From contig JBPGPT010000005.1 in assembly GCA_051047955.1 (NCBI GenBank), positions 496,001 through 560,000 of the forward strand: 64,000 nucleotides of DNA. The letters are read 5' to 3'. Below are positions 25,467-39,164 of the stretch, piece after piece (position 1 is the stretch's first letter; the number at the start of each line of letters is the position of its first letter). Made by a program: the position numbers and the translations under genes. The notes under the pieces were generated by a model. That model was given only the letters and a program-made list of their open reading frames with translations, did no database searches and was not told the DNA's origin. This stretch comes from Cystobasidiomycetes sp. EMM_F5. Taxonomy: Eukaryota.

Positions 25467-26294
25467 ATGTCTGAAGAGGTGCCAACGATAGCCCAGGACA
25501 CGCAGGAAGTATACCTGCATGTCGCGACCAAGATGGTGCAAGCGACTGCCCTCATAGCCCCGCCGACTATTGCTCTGAGACAGCTGTGAGTGCTGCCGGA
25601 TTGCAGTGATGGGGATACCGGCAAAGGCTGATTGGCGAGGTCGACCTCAAGATACCGGAGAAATGTACGACTAACCCGCATTGTAAAGCCATACGATCTA
25701 ACGCTTCTTATCCTATCTACCCTAGTTCTCGCCAAACAGATGGCTTCGTAGCAGTGCACTCTGGACGTTCGGGTTCGGAATCCCCGCAGGTCTCGCCATG
25801 ACATGGGCCCGTCTACGAAATCAGGAGGAGTGAGCCAGCGATGCACATCTACATTTTACATGTCATCCAGCAGCTGAAGTACGCAATAGTATCGCTATAT
25901 TCGACCGAGCATACCGCATTCGCAACAACGTCACTCAGGTCAGCGGCACAGCCTGGGATTCACTGCGAATGTCTGACATTCTCCACAGGTCAGGGTAGAC
26001 GATTATTCTAAAGTGGGAGCACTACTCGGCGCCCTGATTACAACGACCATATTCCTCAAACGGGCGAGCCTCCCCTACACGATTCTTGGTGGAGCCAGTA
26101 AGCTGTCCGAGAAAGCCGTTAATCTAATTGAGTAGGCTGAGCGACATATTGCAATAGGTTTGGGCATCGCTGGTGGAACAGTCACGCACGTTGTGCGGAT
26201 GGCGCAGGAAGAGGGCGCGAAGGCTACGGCCAAGAAGCAGGCAGATGCACTGCCGGATCCGACAAAGCTTGCCGAAGGCGTAGCTAAGGGCTAA
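25467..26294 (+). CDS. Small hypothetical membrane protein (possibly DUF1757-like)
   Basis: Spliced product MSEEVPTIAQDTQEVYLHVATKMVQATALIAPP...WLRSSALWTFGFGIPAGLAMTWARLR...DRAYRIRNN..VRVDDYSKVGALLGALITTTIFLKRA...GLGIAGGTVTHVVR...EGVAKG*. The family label is tentative. Confidence 0.65.
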
Positions 26295-26404
26295 TAAAGA
26301 ACATGGATAGGCGGCATGGAATTCACACAGCCATAGGCTACTCGAACGGCAAACGCTACAACAACATTCTGTGAACAAACATCTGTAGCGTTGTGTTCCT
26401 TGAA

Positions 26405-27320
26405 TCAATCGTCATCAACTATGCTTATACCAGCAGTCGTGGCCGCTGGTGCCGTAGCTTGCGAGCCGCCATAGATAGCCTGTTCCACTCTCTTCACGAC
26501 AATCTCCTCCTCTCTAGGTTGATCGTCATCTGCAGCTTTCTCATCTGCACCGCGAAAAAGAACAGAAGCAGGAGCGCCCTGTCCTAACCTCCGCTTCTTT
26601 CGTCCTTCTTGTCCATCTGCGCTGGAGTCGGATTCGCCAGAAGAATTGTCTCCACTTGCATCTTTGCCATTTGTAGCTCGTGCACTGCCTACAGCAGCAG
26701 TCTTGCCATCTTTTGCAGCACTCTTCTTCTTGTCACGTTTCGCTTTCTTCTTGTCTCGCTTCGCACGATTCTTTGCCGTCTTCTCTTCGTCTGCTATCCG
26801 TCTCGCTTCTTGCTGTTCGCGAAATGCAGCTGCTTCTTTGTCCTGTTACGCAGAGTGAACAGCATGAGCGTGTGTTCCTGCGCAGTTGCTTGGTGATACT
26901 ACTGACGCGTTTATCCTCGTCTTCCATCATCTTTAAGCGTTCGAACTCCCTTCTCCGTGACTGTTTGTACACGTGGAATTCGCCAGAGCCTGTACGGACA
27001 CCACACGTAGAGATACATCCGTGTCAGTATACTCATTCGTCTAGTGTTGCGCCAGACGAGGCCACCGCAAGGTCTGACGTACCAGCTCCGGCTGAACTGC
27101 CTTGAACATTCGGAATCATATCTCTTGCGGGCGCTAGAGTCTTTGGTTTTGGTGGTTTGGGGATGTATGCTTCTTTGCTTGGATCTTGGAACAGCTTCTC
27201 TAATTGCGACTTCTGTACGTCGGCTGCATTCTTTGGGATTACTTTATGAGCCGCATTGCCGGCTGTCGCTCGAGGAGACGGCGAAGGCCGCTGTGAACGT
27301 CGTGCATGATCATCAGACAT
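26405..27320 (-). CDS. PRKRIP1: PRKRIP1/DUF1168-family spliceosomal protein
   Basis: Signature NVQGSSAGAG|SGEFHVYKQSRRREFERL followed by a Lys-rich coil. Confidence 0.9.
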
Positions 27321-27674
27321 GCTATCAACAGCCCGTTAGCAGGTTGGGTAGAAGCAAAAGGCTAGCTGTTCGTGCAGATGTCTCTGAGGGCAAGTGATCG
27401 AAAGAATGCTTTGAAAGAGCCACATCGCATCATTCCCTGGCTGAATGCTAAGTACATTACATTAGACCTCTAGTAATTACCTTGTAAAGCTATCTGACAA
27501 ACGCCGCTAGCCTCCCTCGTAAATTGAAGTACCGCTACGTCTATAGACGAGAAGGGCGAAGCATTGTTATCGTCAAAATCATCTCCCATTCCATATCTTG
27601 AGCAGTCCCTCGAAAACCTTGGAGAGTGTGTAAATCTTGAAAGAAACGTTGAACCGTGTCGAGAACAGAAAACA

Positions 27675-30600
27675 TCACATGAAATACATTGTACTTTCGA
27701 GATTGGCATGGATCTGACGGAGCCTCTCGCGAGCGCTGGCCAATCGCTGATCTCGTTGAGCCTCGTCGCGACCGGAACTTGCGCTTGAGATCATTGTGCT
27801 TGAGTCATCCTCTGCATCGCCGCCCAGATGTTTGCGGCCACGATCAGCAACCAGATGGGCGAAATAAGCAGGTGCCACGATTGAGACGGATCGAGTAGCA
27901 CGAGGGTAGATGTAGGCCAAGTTGTACGTCAAACGCTGCAATTGATCCGGGGTGAACTTGTTCTGGTCTTGAAGAACTGTGTAGTGGCATGGGCGGGAAG
28001 TTCCCAATAATCCGCCATGGGACATCAAATACTGCGTGATATGAAGGTCAGCTGGTGCAGATAGAGATCCATAACAAAACTCACAAAGTCGTTGTCCGTG
28101 GGCGAGACGATGTCCATGTCTACGACAGTGCCCGCTTGCACATTGCCAGATCGGTCACCACCATCTTGAGTCGAAGGGAAGAAGCGGATATGATGACGTT
28201 TGGCGCAGATGACGTACGTAATGGGCGGAGCGTAAGAGGGGTCGATGGATAAGCACGCCTTTTTGAGCTTTGCAATCTCATCTCGGCACACAGCAGGGTA
28301 TTGGCCTTCGGAAACTCCGTCGCGGTAAAAGACGATTCGCTCAGGCTTTCTCTTCGTACTCTTGTAGTACTTCTTGATTAAAGCGACGGCCATTCCATCG
28401 AGGTCTCGAATAACTTCTTCGCGGTTCGGCTGAACGCGGACCTGGGTAGCGTATTGCAGTCCTCCGAGGTCATGAGAGGCGACGAGAGCGGCAATGGACG
28501 GAGCGAAGGAACCAGGACCGGGATGGGAGACACTGTGAAAGACACGATATGTCAGGCAAGCTCGCATACAGAAAGCGAGTAGCTACGCACTCGGCGCCGA
28601 AGACAATGGTTGGACGCTTGTCCATCTCTGGTATAATGCCGTTCTTCACAATTTGATTGATACCGGCGAGCTTGACATTGACCTTGAGAGCAACATTTTG
28701 ATAATACGACGGCTTGGCACTTCGTACTTTTTCTATTTGAAGGAGTAATGTCAGCACACATGCATGGTAACGACAGCAAGTGCACTCACGAATGACCAAG
28801 TTTTGCGTTGCAACGCCCAGAGAAATATCACCGATTTGCTTGATCAAACCGTACTGCTTGGAGTTCTTCATCGGAACCTGATGGCACAAAAAAGTCAGAT
28901 AATGCTTGCAGGACTTGCATGATTGAGCTTACATAGGTGACAATCAGCTGCGGCGGAGTATTCGGTGAGAATCCGGCTCGTCGAGCCGTTTCCATGAACG
29001 CGCCTCGCACGTCCATTGTGTCGCCAGCGTAAAAAATGGTCGGTTGCGGATTCTCAATGTTGATTCCAAAATCCCTGCAAGCCCTCGCTAATGCCGTGAC
29101 AGATCCCTGCGCCATTTGCAGCGGGAAGCCAGAATCCCTTCGGCCGGGAAGACCTTGCTCTGTGTCAAAGACAATCGCCATCCATCGTTTAATTGCAGAA
29201 CCTGTCGATGACCTTTTGCCTCGAACATCCCAAGCACCATCTCTTGGCATAATCTCGCTCGGGCCCGGTCCACGACCGCTGCAGAAATGACAGATTGTCA
29301 GAAAGTATTCGGACTTGCAAGCGATTACAACTCACTCCGCGAGGAGAAGTGTAGGTGGATCCAAAACGCGGGCCTTGACCTGAAGTGGAGTCTGCTCAAC
29401 ACTAAAGTTCCATGCACGCGTAGTTTCACTGCGGCCGAGAGAGAGATAGGCGAATCCTTCGCGAACAAGCTGGAGACGGCGATTGGGCGGCTGTGTTGTG
29501 ACTGAAAGGTTCAAATGTTCAATCACTTTTCGTATATCACGGAAAAGAGAGCAGTCGGACTCACATTTCAGAGCCTCAGAGACCTGGTCCGGAGTCAACT
29601 TCTTTGTGTATTTATTGCCTCGTTCGACCTCGAGAATCTCCATCGGGTACCAGGCCTTCTTGGTGACCTGAACGCAAGGTAGACCGGGGAAGCGGAGAGT
29701 ATAATTGTACTGCTGCTGGAAGTATTGCTAGATTGACAAAACAAGCATCAAATTAGCTCGTTTCCTGCTTAGCAACAGAGAATGCAAAGGGTGCTTACAG
29801 CAATAGTAACTTCTGCTCCGACATCATTGGTGAATGTCAATTCGTTGGCTGGCATGCGAGATAGAGCTCGGATCTTGAATCTCTTTTTGGCGGTCTGTCC
29901 GCCATTAATCATGCTGATTTGGCGAGTTGCCACTACGAGACCCTTGCAGAACCGTTCCAGAGTGTTGCGGGTACGATCCATGACACGAGTAAGATCAGCC
30001 GGGTCTCTTGCTCCCATGAAGCGGGTGACCACTTGAACGAGATCACCAGACTGTAAACGACAGGTGTCTCAGTGATGGAGAGATGATGGAAAAGGGAAGC
30101 AAAACATACTTGAATGAATGGCATTGCTGTACGATCGATGTTGACAATCATCTTATCTGGAGTACTGTAATACACCCATGTTAGCATCTGAGCAGGCAAG
30201 ACATAGTGGGCGCAACTTACGGTCTGATGGATGTAAAGTAGCCAGCCCACATCTCGAGACCGCCTTTGATGATATACGCTTGCTCATTGGCCCTTGGTGG
30301 AGGATAGAAGGATGCTCCCTGTGTGAAATGAAAGACAGTTATCAATCAGCACGTCCGAATGATGTCAATGTCAAGAGACACAAACCTTGGAAGGGTAAAT
30401 GAGGGACGGATCATTTCTGACCATGACGTTGAGTGCTGCATATGATAATATTAGTCTTCATCGTTACTAGACTGGATGTATGACCTACCGGTGATTGCCA
30501 TGAGAATGCTGTGGAGAACCAGGAATGGGGAAAGTCAAGCCAGTCAGCTGGTAAGCTTTATCTAATCTTTCTGCGCGAAGGACAACCTACTTTGAAGATG

Positions 30601-31732
30601 CTTCAGATTTGCCGCGGACAAACTGTTGAAGTTCATACAAGTTGACCTGCGCGACTAGTCGGATCTGCAAAGACAATGGGATAATGTCATGAATTTAGTT
30701 GAGCTGGATGGAATAAGGAAGAACAAGTCAATGTCACATACCTTGACGGTGAAGACCCTGCCGCGTGGTTCTTGACCTGGACGAGGTGGACGGTCTTCGT
30801 CTGGCAGAAAGACCTCGGCAGTTGCATCATCGCCAGGAAAAGGAAGCTTGGCCGGAGAGAAGCTGTCGAGGATAGAATGGTGACATGGACAGGGAAGGCG
30901 AGTAAGGGTAATAACAAGTAAGATAGATAAGGAAGGGGGTAACAGCGAGAGCGTCAGTACGGACACACAACCAATCTGACGGTGAACATGCTTCGCTCAC
31001 ATGTTCTTTCGGCCTGTTTATAACGGAATAGATAATGAGCGAATCAGTATGTGTGCGCCATCTGCTATGATCAACAATGATAGAGACTCACCGTCATATA
31101 CTGCGGCAATCTTACCAAAGAGACCGTTGGTGGTCTTCATTGCATAATAGACTTGGCGGTTGACCCGAGGTGGAACCTCCGGGGTGATTTCGACCTGCAA
31201 GTGGATGAAGAGAAGGCATGGAAGGCGTGATAAAGAGGAGAGAATCAATGTGTAGATGGAGAAAATAATTCAAGAGCATTGTCAGCCTTATATGTAGATG
31301 TGAAGCGGAAGAGGAGTCTACTGACATCATAGTGCATAATCTGTAGGATGAAAGGGACAGCGAGGACAAAGAGTTCAGCTACATCAAAGACAGGAAGAAG
31401 AGGGAGAAGCTTACGTTGCCATCGGGAAGACCCGTCACTCTGAAGGCGTTGGCTAGCACTAGTACACGCTTGCCCGCTCTGTCGGACGTGAAGGGAGAGG
31501 ACAAGAAGCGTAGGAAATGTCAGCAATGAACAGACACTGGACACTGGATACATTATAATCGCAGCATAGACCATCCTCGCTTGTCAGACACGCAGTGAAC
31601 ATTGTCTGACCAGGCAAGCGAGGCCGAGCCGTGCATAACGCGGAGGAATGGTGGAGAGGGAGAGGAACAGGCAACAGCAAAGACGACTCACGTTCCAGTC
31701 CCGTTCCTACGGGCTAGTTGTACGTCTGCCAT
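27675..31732 (-). CDS. Argonaute (N-PAZ-MID-PIWI) with intact catalytic residues, many exons
   Basis: [14 protein letters not shown] at the start; [98 protein letters not shown] (DEDH tetrad). Confidence 0.97.
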
Positions 31733-31875
31733 GGTTGTAGTGCTCGACGTCTACGTAAACTATCCAAGATTGATGGGGGTAAATGAGGGAGGAATGGAAT
31801 GGGAGGATGGAAATGGAACGGAAGCAAGAGCAGACGAGGCAGAAATGGCTGGCTTTTATAGCTTAGCCAGTAGTA

Positions 31876-31890
31876 CTGCTGCTGCTGCTG
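31876..31890. repeat. (CTG)5 microsatellite upstream of the Argonaute ATG
   Basis: CTGCTGCTGCTGCTG read directly. Confidence 0.6.
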
Positions 31891-32549
31891 TTGTCGTCGT
31901 TGCGCACTGTCCACCGCCGCTGTCTGTCGTGCTTGCTGCTCCCCGCCCAGCCTGGCCTGTCCGATTGGAGAGTGACAGAAGAGCGCGCGACTGAACAGAG
32001 CGGGCAGCTCCGAACCGTGTAAGACGGGCAACTCGCGTAGAGTGGTGGTGGAGACCAGAGCGCAGACTCGTAAATGGCAGACAAGGAGAGAGGCTTGAGG
32101 TCGACTGGGAGTGCGGCGTTGTGCTAACTCCAAGTCCAAGTTGGAGCTCAGGTCGTTTTACAATGCATTATGCACACAGAGGTTGATTCAATCGACTGCT
32201 ACACGGAAGCACAGACCCATCACACGTACACTGTAGCTGGATTGTGCTCGGCGTGCATGTTTGATATCTCTCCACTTACATTACCTGACGCGAGTAGATA
32301 GAAGTTGCGGCAGCTACAATCAGTCTGTATTACTTCAACGAGGAATATGGCTGCCAAAGTAATTCCATTCCGCCTATGCTCCCCTATCCACTACCCATTT
32401 ACACGTTGTTGTGAACCTTGTTCCGCCATTACAAATTGACCGCACTCGCCCTGCCGACGCTGACGTCCCGGTCAATTTGCCTGGCATAGACTTTGTCAAC
32501 CCTAACGACAGGCGCACTCAGTGGGGGATGCTGTGATTCGGAGTTTGCG

Positions 32550-35500
32550 ATGGAACAGCAGCAGCAGTACGGGAGTAACGGGAGTGGGTCGGGAGGGAGT
32601 AACAGTGAAGGAAAGCGAGAGAGATTCAGTGGAGCAGCGCAGTATCGGCAGGGACCACTGGCCACGGGAGAATACGGCAGCAGCGTCAACAACTCCCAAG
32701 ACAATATCGACGTCGACACGGATGACCGACGTGCAGAAAGCGAAGAAGCTTCAACGTCAAATGCCGGAGGAAAGCGATTGAGCAGGCCGATAATTCGAGG
32801 CGTACAAGCGTGTATGAAGACTTTATTCGCAGGCGCAAAATCCCATCTGACATTCACATCCCCACATGTACAGGTACCCAATGCAGAACGCAAAAAGTAA
32901 GATGCGTACCTCCAATTGCTGGTCCAGGAGATGCCGCTCCCCCTCCTCCGTTTCCTTGTCTGAGATGCATAAATCAAGGCATAACCTGCGAGTAAGTCCG
33001 AGATATGAAGCAACGGTGCAGAGAATGTCATCTTCTTTGCTGTGCGACGCTTCCTCCGCAGCCGATTCAGACTACTGATGCATACCACAGGGTACTCAAG
33101 CATAATCGCGGGAGAAAGAGGAAAGCAAGGGAGGGCGAAGAAGGGTATCAGTAAGTTATTTCTACGCAAACATCGAAATGCACGTAATTAACTTCTACGC
33201 TTTCTGCCATTCTACACAGGTCGCCACCACCAAAGCAAGCAGCCTACTACACTCCCGATGGATCCAGTGCTTCTTCATTGATTGCTGTAGAGCCGCGTGA
33301 AGGGAGTATCCATCCTATCCGACGCAATTCGGCACGAAAGTCGCAGACGAATCGCGGTTCTGCTTCAGCCAGCGAAGGGAGCTCTGGACAAACGGGTTCA
33401 AATCTTCATATTCTTGAACAGGCTATCGCTATACATGGTGTGGACGGTGATGGAAACCCTCGGGTGCAAACGGGTGCCCAGAGATGGAATGACAACTCGG
33501 GTAGACCGGATGTTGCGAATGCCACACCAGTCTATCCTTTACAACCTCCCTCTGCAGTACCCTCTGGACCCATGTCTACGACAGCATCACAAGGTCCTGC
33601 GATCTCCACAGGGTATGCGAGGACCTCGGGCATTGATGATCAAGCGCATACCATGTCGCAACATCAGGCAAATAACAGTACGTCCTCCGCCGCTCACCGT
33701 AGGAATACATGTGACAATATGCATACTGAGCATCGCATACAGCCACATATTCGATACCACCGCGCTATCCACAATACTATCAACCTCTTCACCCACAACC
33801 CCCACAAACATCACAACACTATCATTCAAAATCTATCCCAAGTATTTTGACGACAGCTTGGCCATCACCGAATGCCAGAGATCTAGCCGGTGGAGGGGTC
33901 GAAGCCCTTCCATATAGCGCGACTTCCACGAGACCTCCAGTGGACACGTACGGGGACACGTATCGTCCACTGCCGTCGACGCAACAACTTCCTCCGATGC
34001 CCGCTCCGGCTAGAACGAACGATCGCAATGCTCCAAGTCAGAACCCACTTCATGATGTGCCGCCCTTGACTATAGCAGCTCACCAAACAACCTATGATGC
34101 TATCAACCTACCGCAACAAGGGACATCACGATCCAATACCCAGCATATGCAAAAGAGCGCGGGAGAGCAGCAGTATAGTCGTAGTCAGCCGACGACTGCT
34201 CCGAACACGGCTAGTACAGCGAGCGATCACCCAAATCAATTAGAAGCCGGTCGGGAGCAGCGGTCTTCCAATTCGACAACAGACGATCTGTATTTAAACA
34301 ATCTACGATTCCCATTCCTTCACAAACCGTCAATCTCGCCTCATCGTGGCAGAAAAGGCATGTTTTCAATTACCTCACTCGCAAAGACGGACGACACGGA
34401 AGAGATTGGTCCGGGCAGTGCGCACCTTAAGCGGGATACTGCATATCTTCTGGCGAATGACCCGATAGATGCAGGGATTACCAGTGTCGAGGATGCAAAA
34501 TCCCTCTTTCAGCTATTCGTGGACGAGATGGGCGCATTGAACTGTATCTTGGATCCAGTAGTGCACACACATGGTTAGTCCTTTGCTCCGTAGCAATCTT
34601 TCCTGCTCTGACTGACGAGAATCATTGCATCTCTAAATCTGCAGATTTCGTTCGTGCTCGCTCCTCATTTCTATATCTGGCAATCTTGAGTACCATATCG
34701 CGGTACCTCAACTCGTCAACACAGCATGCAGACGGAAAGCCAAGGCGCCTTGTCTCTCCAGTCTACTCTTACTGCAAACAAGCGGTACAAGCGCACCTCA
34801 AGCAGATTCTTGGCGATATAGTGTGCGATTTTGAAGCTGTCCAGGGCTTAGCCATACTGGCGTTCCACAAAGATCCGGAAGAAGAAAAGGCCTGTTCACA
34901 TCTCTACAGAGTGAGTCGGGCGCGCAACCTTAAGCCAACCTTGAAGGTGTTTCAGACAGTCGAGTGTGGCTAATTTATTTCGCATGGTACGCGATCAGGC
35001 CATAGCCATTGCCAGAGAAATTGGGCTGGACACAGCCTCATTCAGACAAACGAGCGAGTCTACAGACGAAGATTGCCGCTGGGTACGAATACAGCAGCGC
35101 GTATGGCTAAGTCTATTTGTAGCGAATACTATGTCAGTCAATGGCCCATAGATTCGAGTCTTACTGACACACCACTAACGAGATTACTTTGGTTGCAGCC
35201 TTCATATGCAATTCGACATGAAGCAGCTCATCGGTCCCGACGAGCCTGCTATAGCTGCTTCCACGACATGGTGCCGACAATCGACTCTGCCTATGGATTG
35301 GCTGCTATGTACGAACATCCAGCTCCGTCGGTTGTATCACATCTATTCCGATATGGCAAAATCGCTCGACAGAGAGATGGAAACAGACAATGACAAGGCT
35401 GCAAAGCTCTTGTCGCTGTCCGTGTTGTCTCGGACTGCCAACCGACAGCTCGAAAACACTGCCCATGACTGGCGAGAGAGATGCAAAGAAGCTGGTGTTA

Positions 35501-36547
35501 CAAGATTAGATGCCAAAATCTCAACCTGGTTGAGCGCCATTAAGCTACGGGTGAGCAGCTCTCCGTACAGAGCGTGCTACACCGTCTGACTTGTTCAATC
35601 AGTTCAACCTTACGATCGTTCAGACTGTCTTGCCCGGACTCAAGGAGATGGCTGGCTGGTCTAGCTTTCTTCCGGCCAGCGTAGGTAATGACGGACCGGG
35701 TGATCGCTTAGAATTGGGCTGCATCCAATCCTTCCACCACGCCGTGACCGCTGCATGGTGAGTGATGCACCGAGTAGCATCGTACCCGATGCTCACACGT
35801 CACTTCTCCAGCTCTCTACTACAAAGCATGAGGCTACTCGAAGAGAAGCGCCTATTGTCCTTCTCAGCGGATACCTTCCTGCATTTTGCCATATATTCTG
35901 CCTTCTTCTTGTGGACCCTCTGCAGAGATGCGGAACCGGGTATCTTAGAAGCAGCAGAGAGAAAACACTGCATTGGCCTTATCGACACAGCAGCGCAGGC
36001 TCTCGAGTCAGCATCGCTTTTTGCGGGCGATTCGCCAGCACTTCACGCCCGCTTCCTTCGCAATCTTCTACGGACCGCCAACGACAATTCCGTAACAAGC
36101 GCCGCATATCCCACGAGCTCGAGCCAATATGGACATCTTCTCCCAGGCCGTGACATGGCTGACTCGATTGCTGTCTCGGGATCCGCATCTTCCCTAAATC
36201 AGTCTTCTGTCGCCCTTGCCGAACCCGGTCCAATGCCTCAGACATCGTTAGCGACGTTCTTGCCAGCGCTGAATGGGATTGCACAAAACTCAAACCCAGC
36301 AGCATGGCAGACTTCTGCTGTCGATACCGTCTTGACAGCAGACTGGTCCGCGATGGAGAAGCAATTTCCATGGCTGAACGGAGCTTACGGCCTTGGCTTG
36401 CTTGACGCCACGGTACGTCCGTGTTGAGCCGAGCAGAGGCGAAAGCTGACTGTAACACTGGTCGCTGTCTGGCTTTTTTCGCACATCCGCGCGTTTCAGA
36501 ACCCTCAAAATACGGCCATAGAGCCCACGAACATGTTCATGAGTTGA
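32550..36547 (+). CDS. Zn(II)2Cys6 fungal transcription factor with middle homology region
   Basis: QA|CTQCRTQKVRC-x17-CLRCINQGITC; LDPVVHTH|DFVRARSSFLYLAIL; AIAIAREIGL; QRVWLSLF. Confidence 0.88.
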
Positions 36548-36767
36548 CTGTAGCTATATACGTACCGCATTCGTCCTTCAGTACTCAGGCCATTCGTTAC
36601 AGATTTATCTGACATTAAGGCATCTTGGCCTCCGACTGTGTCAGTGATCATGCTGTCGTAGTACACTTCGGTGATACACCAGTGTAAGAATTGTAAGCAT
36701 TTGTTGCAGCCTACCATAGTAGACTCAGTACGAATCCGTATCCGTGACGTCATACCGTACTACTCCT

Positions 36768-38005
36768 TCAGAATGAAACAATACTTCCGGATATTTGAGG
36801 GACAGCAGCGTCCCATGGTCCGCGTAGCTCGCTAACATACGTCCACAGTCAGCAAAATGTACTGTACACTCGCCGCACAACAAGACTCACTTTTTCAGAC
36901 TCTGGAGGTCGAGGAGCCAGAACGGTATTAGGAATTGCAAGCTGAACATTGCTACTGTATACAGCAAGGCAACAGATGGTGAAAGAGGCCAAAGGAGCAC
37001 GAGTGCAAGCAGGAAAAGCCCGATAGTCATGCCGATATTGACATCATGGCTTGCAGAACGCTGTGATGGCCAGATCTCAGGCAGTGCGGCATTCGCAGAT
37101 CATTACGTGACCTACCCTGATCTCCTTCCGGAGCAAAGGGAACAGCGCAAACCACTCTATGCTGAAGAGCATAAGTGTGAACACAGCCAAATAGGATGAA
37201 AGCCGCGATGACAGCACAGCTGAAGCACATATCGCCGCGTTTACCGATAGTGAAGCCGGAAACCTGTATCTGACGTCAATGGGAAACTGGAGGTCGTGGC
37301 TGATGACTTACTGTACTAGACTGTCCGTGTCAGATTTGCCCGCGCCATACTCCGCCAAGATACTATTGAGCGCGAAAAGGCTGCCAGACAGGGGCCAGAT
37401 GGAATCTGATGTAGTTGCCTTCGTAAGAGTCTGGAGCACTGGCGTGATGAGGAGAAGTATCCCTGAAACGGCCATAGCAGACTTGAATACAGACAGCCCT
37501 GTACGTCATGCGAAACGGCCAATGTCAATATACAGCATCGACACGTCGCTTTGCTGGACTTACGAGGAGGCGGAGCAGGATACAATCTCTGCCACCATGT
37601 GTAGCCTAAGACGGATGTTGCCAAGACACATCCCAGCAAAGTGATATCCGGCAATCTGCCTGTATATGCGATCCACTGGCATTCAGGATTGGACGCACAA
37701 TCTCGCCCTCGACTGCAACGTACCATCATAGACATGTGTGAATACACCGGCGAATACTGTTACTGAGCAGATGTGCTGCGTAACGGGAAGAGTGTCCCCA
37801 AGCAGGCCGACGTAGGTGTATTTCCGGACGTTGACTGTCTCGCAAACACAGTAAGGCAGGTAGAGGTATCTATCCAAGAGATTTGCATACCGTTACGCTG
37901 CAGATTCTCGAGAAAGGAATCATCGAGGTAATTATCGGGATACTGCGGTTGTTTCAGCCAGAGGACCCGCTGCCACGGCACCGATTTGTCTTCAGCCTCG
38001 AGCAT
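36768..38005 (-). CDS. GPI2: GPI-GlcNAc transferase subunit PIG-C/Gpi2
   Basis: N-terminal WQRVLWLKQPQYPDNYLDDSFL, multiple hydrophobic segments, C-terminal LRGPWDAAVP. Confidence 0.92.
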
Positions 38006-38176
38006 AACGCGGGATCACGGAAGTTTGGAAGGAGCATGTTTGAGCATCATCTAGGGCAAAAATGCACCAGCTTGTAGTCGAGGCAAGACTCCAGACTTCA
38101 TGGTCATCGATCAACTATGGCCAGGCCATCCAAGCACGATGTGGCTCTTCGCGACAAGCCGATGTGACAACAAGCC

Positions 38177-39113
38177 ATGCCCACCAATGACGACGAGGAG
38201 ATTACCGACTTGGAGGCTTTTCACTGTATGCAAATGGCTCGGTGACAGCGAATAATGCAATAATTTAACGCCAGGCTCTGCTCTTTCCTAGTCGAACTCC
38301 AGGAAGCCGCAAACAGGGAACGGCGCCTCGTCGCATCATGGCTACCCTCTAGCTCACAAAACGTTATCAACCTCTCAGCTTTGAACGATACCTCCCTGGC
38401 GAACTTGCCCAGATCGCATCCCGAGAGGTAGCTTAAATATTTTTCCAGCGTACCGCTATATATCGTTTGACGATTTAAATCACGCAAGACTAGGCTTGGG
38501 TGCTAAACCCGTTTCGGCAAAGTCGGACATCTCCGCCGCGCTAGCTAATCCTAATACCGCTGAGGGCAAGCTCGCCCGTCTCCTCTTGAATGGGACTAAA
38601 AAGCGCCCAGCCGAGGACGATACTGCGCCCAGTACATCCTCCGAGACCCAAAAGAACAATAAGCAAGTGTTGACGCGTAAAGATGATGACGACGAGAGTC
38701 GGTCTAGCGCAATATCTGCCAAAGTGCCCAAACTGGCCAAAAGCAATAGCTTCTTTCACGATAATCCAGTGCGAAGCGATACGCAGCCGTCAAAAAAGCC
38801 ACGGAGCTTGAATGTCGATGCACAACTACCCCTGTCGTCTGCGGAAGCTGTAGAAGAGTCGGTTACCAAGGCTGAACCTAGTAAGCCCAACGCGTCAGGC
38901 TCGACGTCTCCTTACGCTCCACCGTATTCACCTACTCGGCTAGAAGATGTACGTCCCCCATACGCTATACCTCCAGACTTGCTGGACAAAGCAGACGACG
39001 CCTCTCCTAAGCAAGATCCGGAAGGCGCAGCGCCGGGCACAGAGTCGCCTAGCAAGGCTCGCAAACGAAAAAGGAAGAAGAATAAACAGACCGAAACTTC
39101 AACACCTGCTTGA
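38177..39113 (+). CDS. Hypothetical basic nuclear protein (possibly DUF3245-like)
   Basis: Spliced MPTNDDEEITDLEAFHCMQMAR|..RRLVASWLP..|ARLGLGAKP... with a C-terminal KARKRKRKK. The family label is tentative. Confidence 0.6.
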
Positions 39114-39164
39114 AGCTCGCCATACTTGTTCTGTTTATACACATCGTATGCTACATATTATATT

